A stretch of 64,000 nucleotides of DNA, taken from assembly GCA_028826165.1 (NCBI GenBank), contig JAPDFW010000081.1:806001-870000 (forward strand), read 5' to 3'. The position numbers and the translations under genes are program-made. This stretch comes from Anaeramoeba ignava BMAN (taxonomy: Eukaryota; Protista; Anaeramoebae). A model generated the notes under the pieces. It saw only the letters and a program-made list of their open reading frames with translations. It made no database searches and was not told the origin of the DNA. Positions 62,231-64,000 of this stretch are shown here, piece after piece. Each line of letters starts with the position of its first letter. Position 1 is the stretch's first letter.

Positions 62231-64000
62231 TCAAATCTTTTTATCTTGAAATAAATTTGAATTTTCTGTTATTCCAAAAAGTCTTTTATATCTTTTCATA
62301 GATGCTAATATTGCTTTTTTTGCATCTTCCGGACCTTTTGGATGAAGAACTTGAACTTCTTTTTCTTCACAATGTTTATAATCTGAAAAAAAACTCATAA
62401 TTTCCAAAAGTCTATAAGGTGGAAGATCACTCACATCTGTATAATCTCGAAATTCTGGATCATCTGCATGAATTGCGATAATTTTATCATCACTTTCGTG
62501 ATTATCTATTGTTGGAACCAAACCAATTGGTCTTGCACGAAGTAAAGTTCCTGGGAATACCTTGATTTAAATAAATATTTTTTTAAATATATTTTTTGGA
62601 TTTAAATATATTTTTTGATTTGAATTTAAATATATTTTTTAGATTTAAATATATTTTTTGAATTTAAATATATTTTTTTAGATTTAAATATATTTTTTGG
62701 ATTTAAATATATTGATTTAAATATATTTTTAGATTTATAAATATTTATTAGATTTATAAATATATTTTTTAGATTTATAAATATTTTTTGAATTTAAATA
62801 TATTTTTTGAATTTAAATATATTTTTTAGATATATAAATATATTGATTTAAATATATTCTTTTGAATTTAAATATATAGATTTAAATATATTTTTGGATT
62901 TAAATATATTTTTTAGATTTAAATATATATTTTAGATTTATAAATATATTGATTTAAATATATTTTTAGATTTAAATATATTTTTAGATTTAAATATATT
63001 TTTTTTAGATTTAAATATATTTTTAGATTTAAATATATTTTTTAGATATAAATATATTTTTTGAATTTAGATATATTTTTAGATTTATAAATATTCTTTT
63101 TAGATTTAAATATATTTTTAGATTTAAATATATTTTTGATTTAAATATATTTTTGATTTAAATATATTTTTAGATTTAAATATATTTTTAGATTTAAATA
63201 TATTTTTTTAGATTTAAATATATTGATTTAAATATATTTTTAGATTTATAAATATATTGATTTAAAATATATTTTTAGATTTAAATATATTTTTAGATTT
63301 TAAATATATTTTTAGATTTAAATATATTTTTTAGATTTAAATATATTTGATTTAAATATATTTTTGGATTTAAATATATTTTTGAATTTAAATATATTTT
63401 TAGAATTTAAATATATTTTTAGATTTAAATATATTTTTAGATTTTTTATTGATTTTAAATATATTTTTAGATTTAAAATATTTTTGGATTTAAATATATT
63501 TTTAGATTTAAATATATTTTTAGATTTTAAATATATTTTTAGATTTAAATATATTTTTAGATTTAAATATATTTTTAGATTTTAAATATATTTTTTAGAT
63601 TTAAATATATTTTTTAGATTTAAATATATTTTTAGATTTAAATATATTTTTAGATTTAAATATATTTTTTAGATTTAAATATATTTTTTAGATTTAAATA
63701 TATTTTTAGATTTAAATATATTTTTAGATTTAAATATATTTTTGGATTTAAATATATTTTTAGATTTATAAATATATTTTTGAATTTAGATTTAAATATA
63801 TTTTTTAGATTTAAATATATTTTTTTAGATTTAAATATATTTTTTAGATTTAAATATATTTTTTGGATTTAAATATATTTTTTAGATTTAAATATATTTT
63901 TAGATTTAAATATATTTTTTAGATTTAAATATATTTTTAGGTTTAAATATTTATTCAACAATTTTTCCTAATTAAAAATTTACTTCTGTTTGCATTAAAA
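62231..64000 (-). CDS. Family I soluble inorganic pyrophosphatase, 3' part (gene continues beyond the window); intron 62561-63983
   Basis: LMQTE|[35 protein letters not shown]...[10 protein letters not shown]. Short prokaryote/plant-cytosolic type. Confidence 0.85.
62565..63950 (-). repeat. ~19-21-nt minisatellite (TTTAGATTTAAATATATTT)n filling the pyrophosphatase intron
   Basis: Visible tandem array. Confidence 0.9.

Noticed and set aside
62565-63950. Regularly spaced ~20-nt repeats resembling a CRISPR array
   Set aside because: The units are contiguous with no unique spacers, lie inside a spliceosomal intron and have no cas genes nearby.
1-64000. tRNA, rRNA, snRNA or transposase/reverse transcriptase genes; alternative genetic code
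   Set aside because: None were recognised by eye. TAA, TAG and TGA all serve as stops, and long conserved ORFs translate with the standard code.

Overview
Very AT-rich, gene-dense eukaryotic (protist) genomic DNA with GT-AG spliceosomal introns and the standard genetic code. About 26 protein-coding loci can be reconstructed: a GATA factor with a PB1-like C-terminus, a divergent Sin3, a secreted Cys-rich protein, a six-copy tandem array of F-box plus multi-pass TMEM185-like membrane proteins, Rae1, LITAF, Nup35, a UBL-like protein, a Naa60/Naa50-like GNAT, a DHHC-family (DHFC) palmitoyltransferase, a 7-domain saposin precursor, DUF1152, CHD1, an ALG9-like GT22 protein, transketolase, an RNF212/Zip3-like RING protein, Rad9, TEX10/Ipi1, an FG-GAP propeller, a SAPS-like protein and the 3' part of a soluble pyrophosphatase. 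The main result is in CHD1: a 373-aa class 3 intein (Ala1, W-C-T signature, degenerate LAGLIDADG domain) is inserted in the Walker A motif (GLGK|T), and a 66-nt spliceosomal intron lies exactly at its N-terminal junction. Also notable are kilobase introns made almost entirely of G-poor microsatellites, A-rich AAG splice acceptors, and a recurrent T-flanked TCATT initiator-like motif in very compact divergent promoters. Together these features suggest an intein-rich metamonad such as Anaeramoeba, but that is inference only. Many single-base frameshifts in homopolymers or repeats are most likely assembly errors. Exon boundaries and family assignments were made by eye, without database searches.
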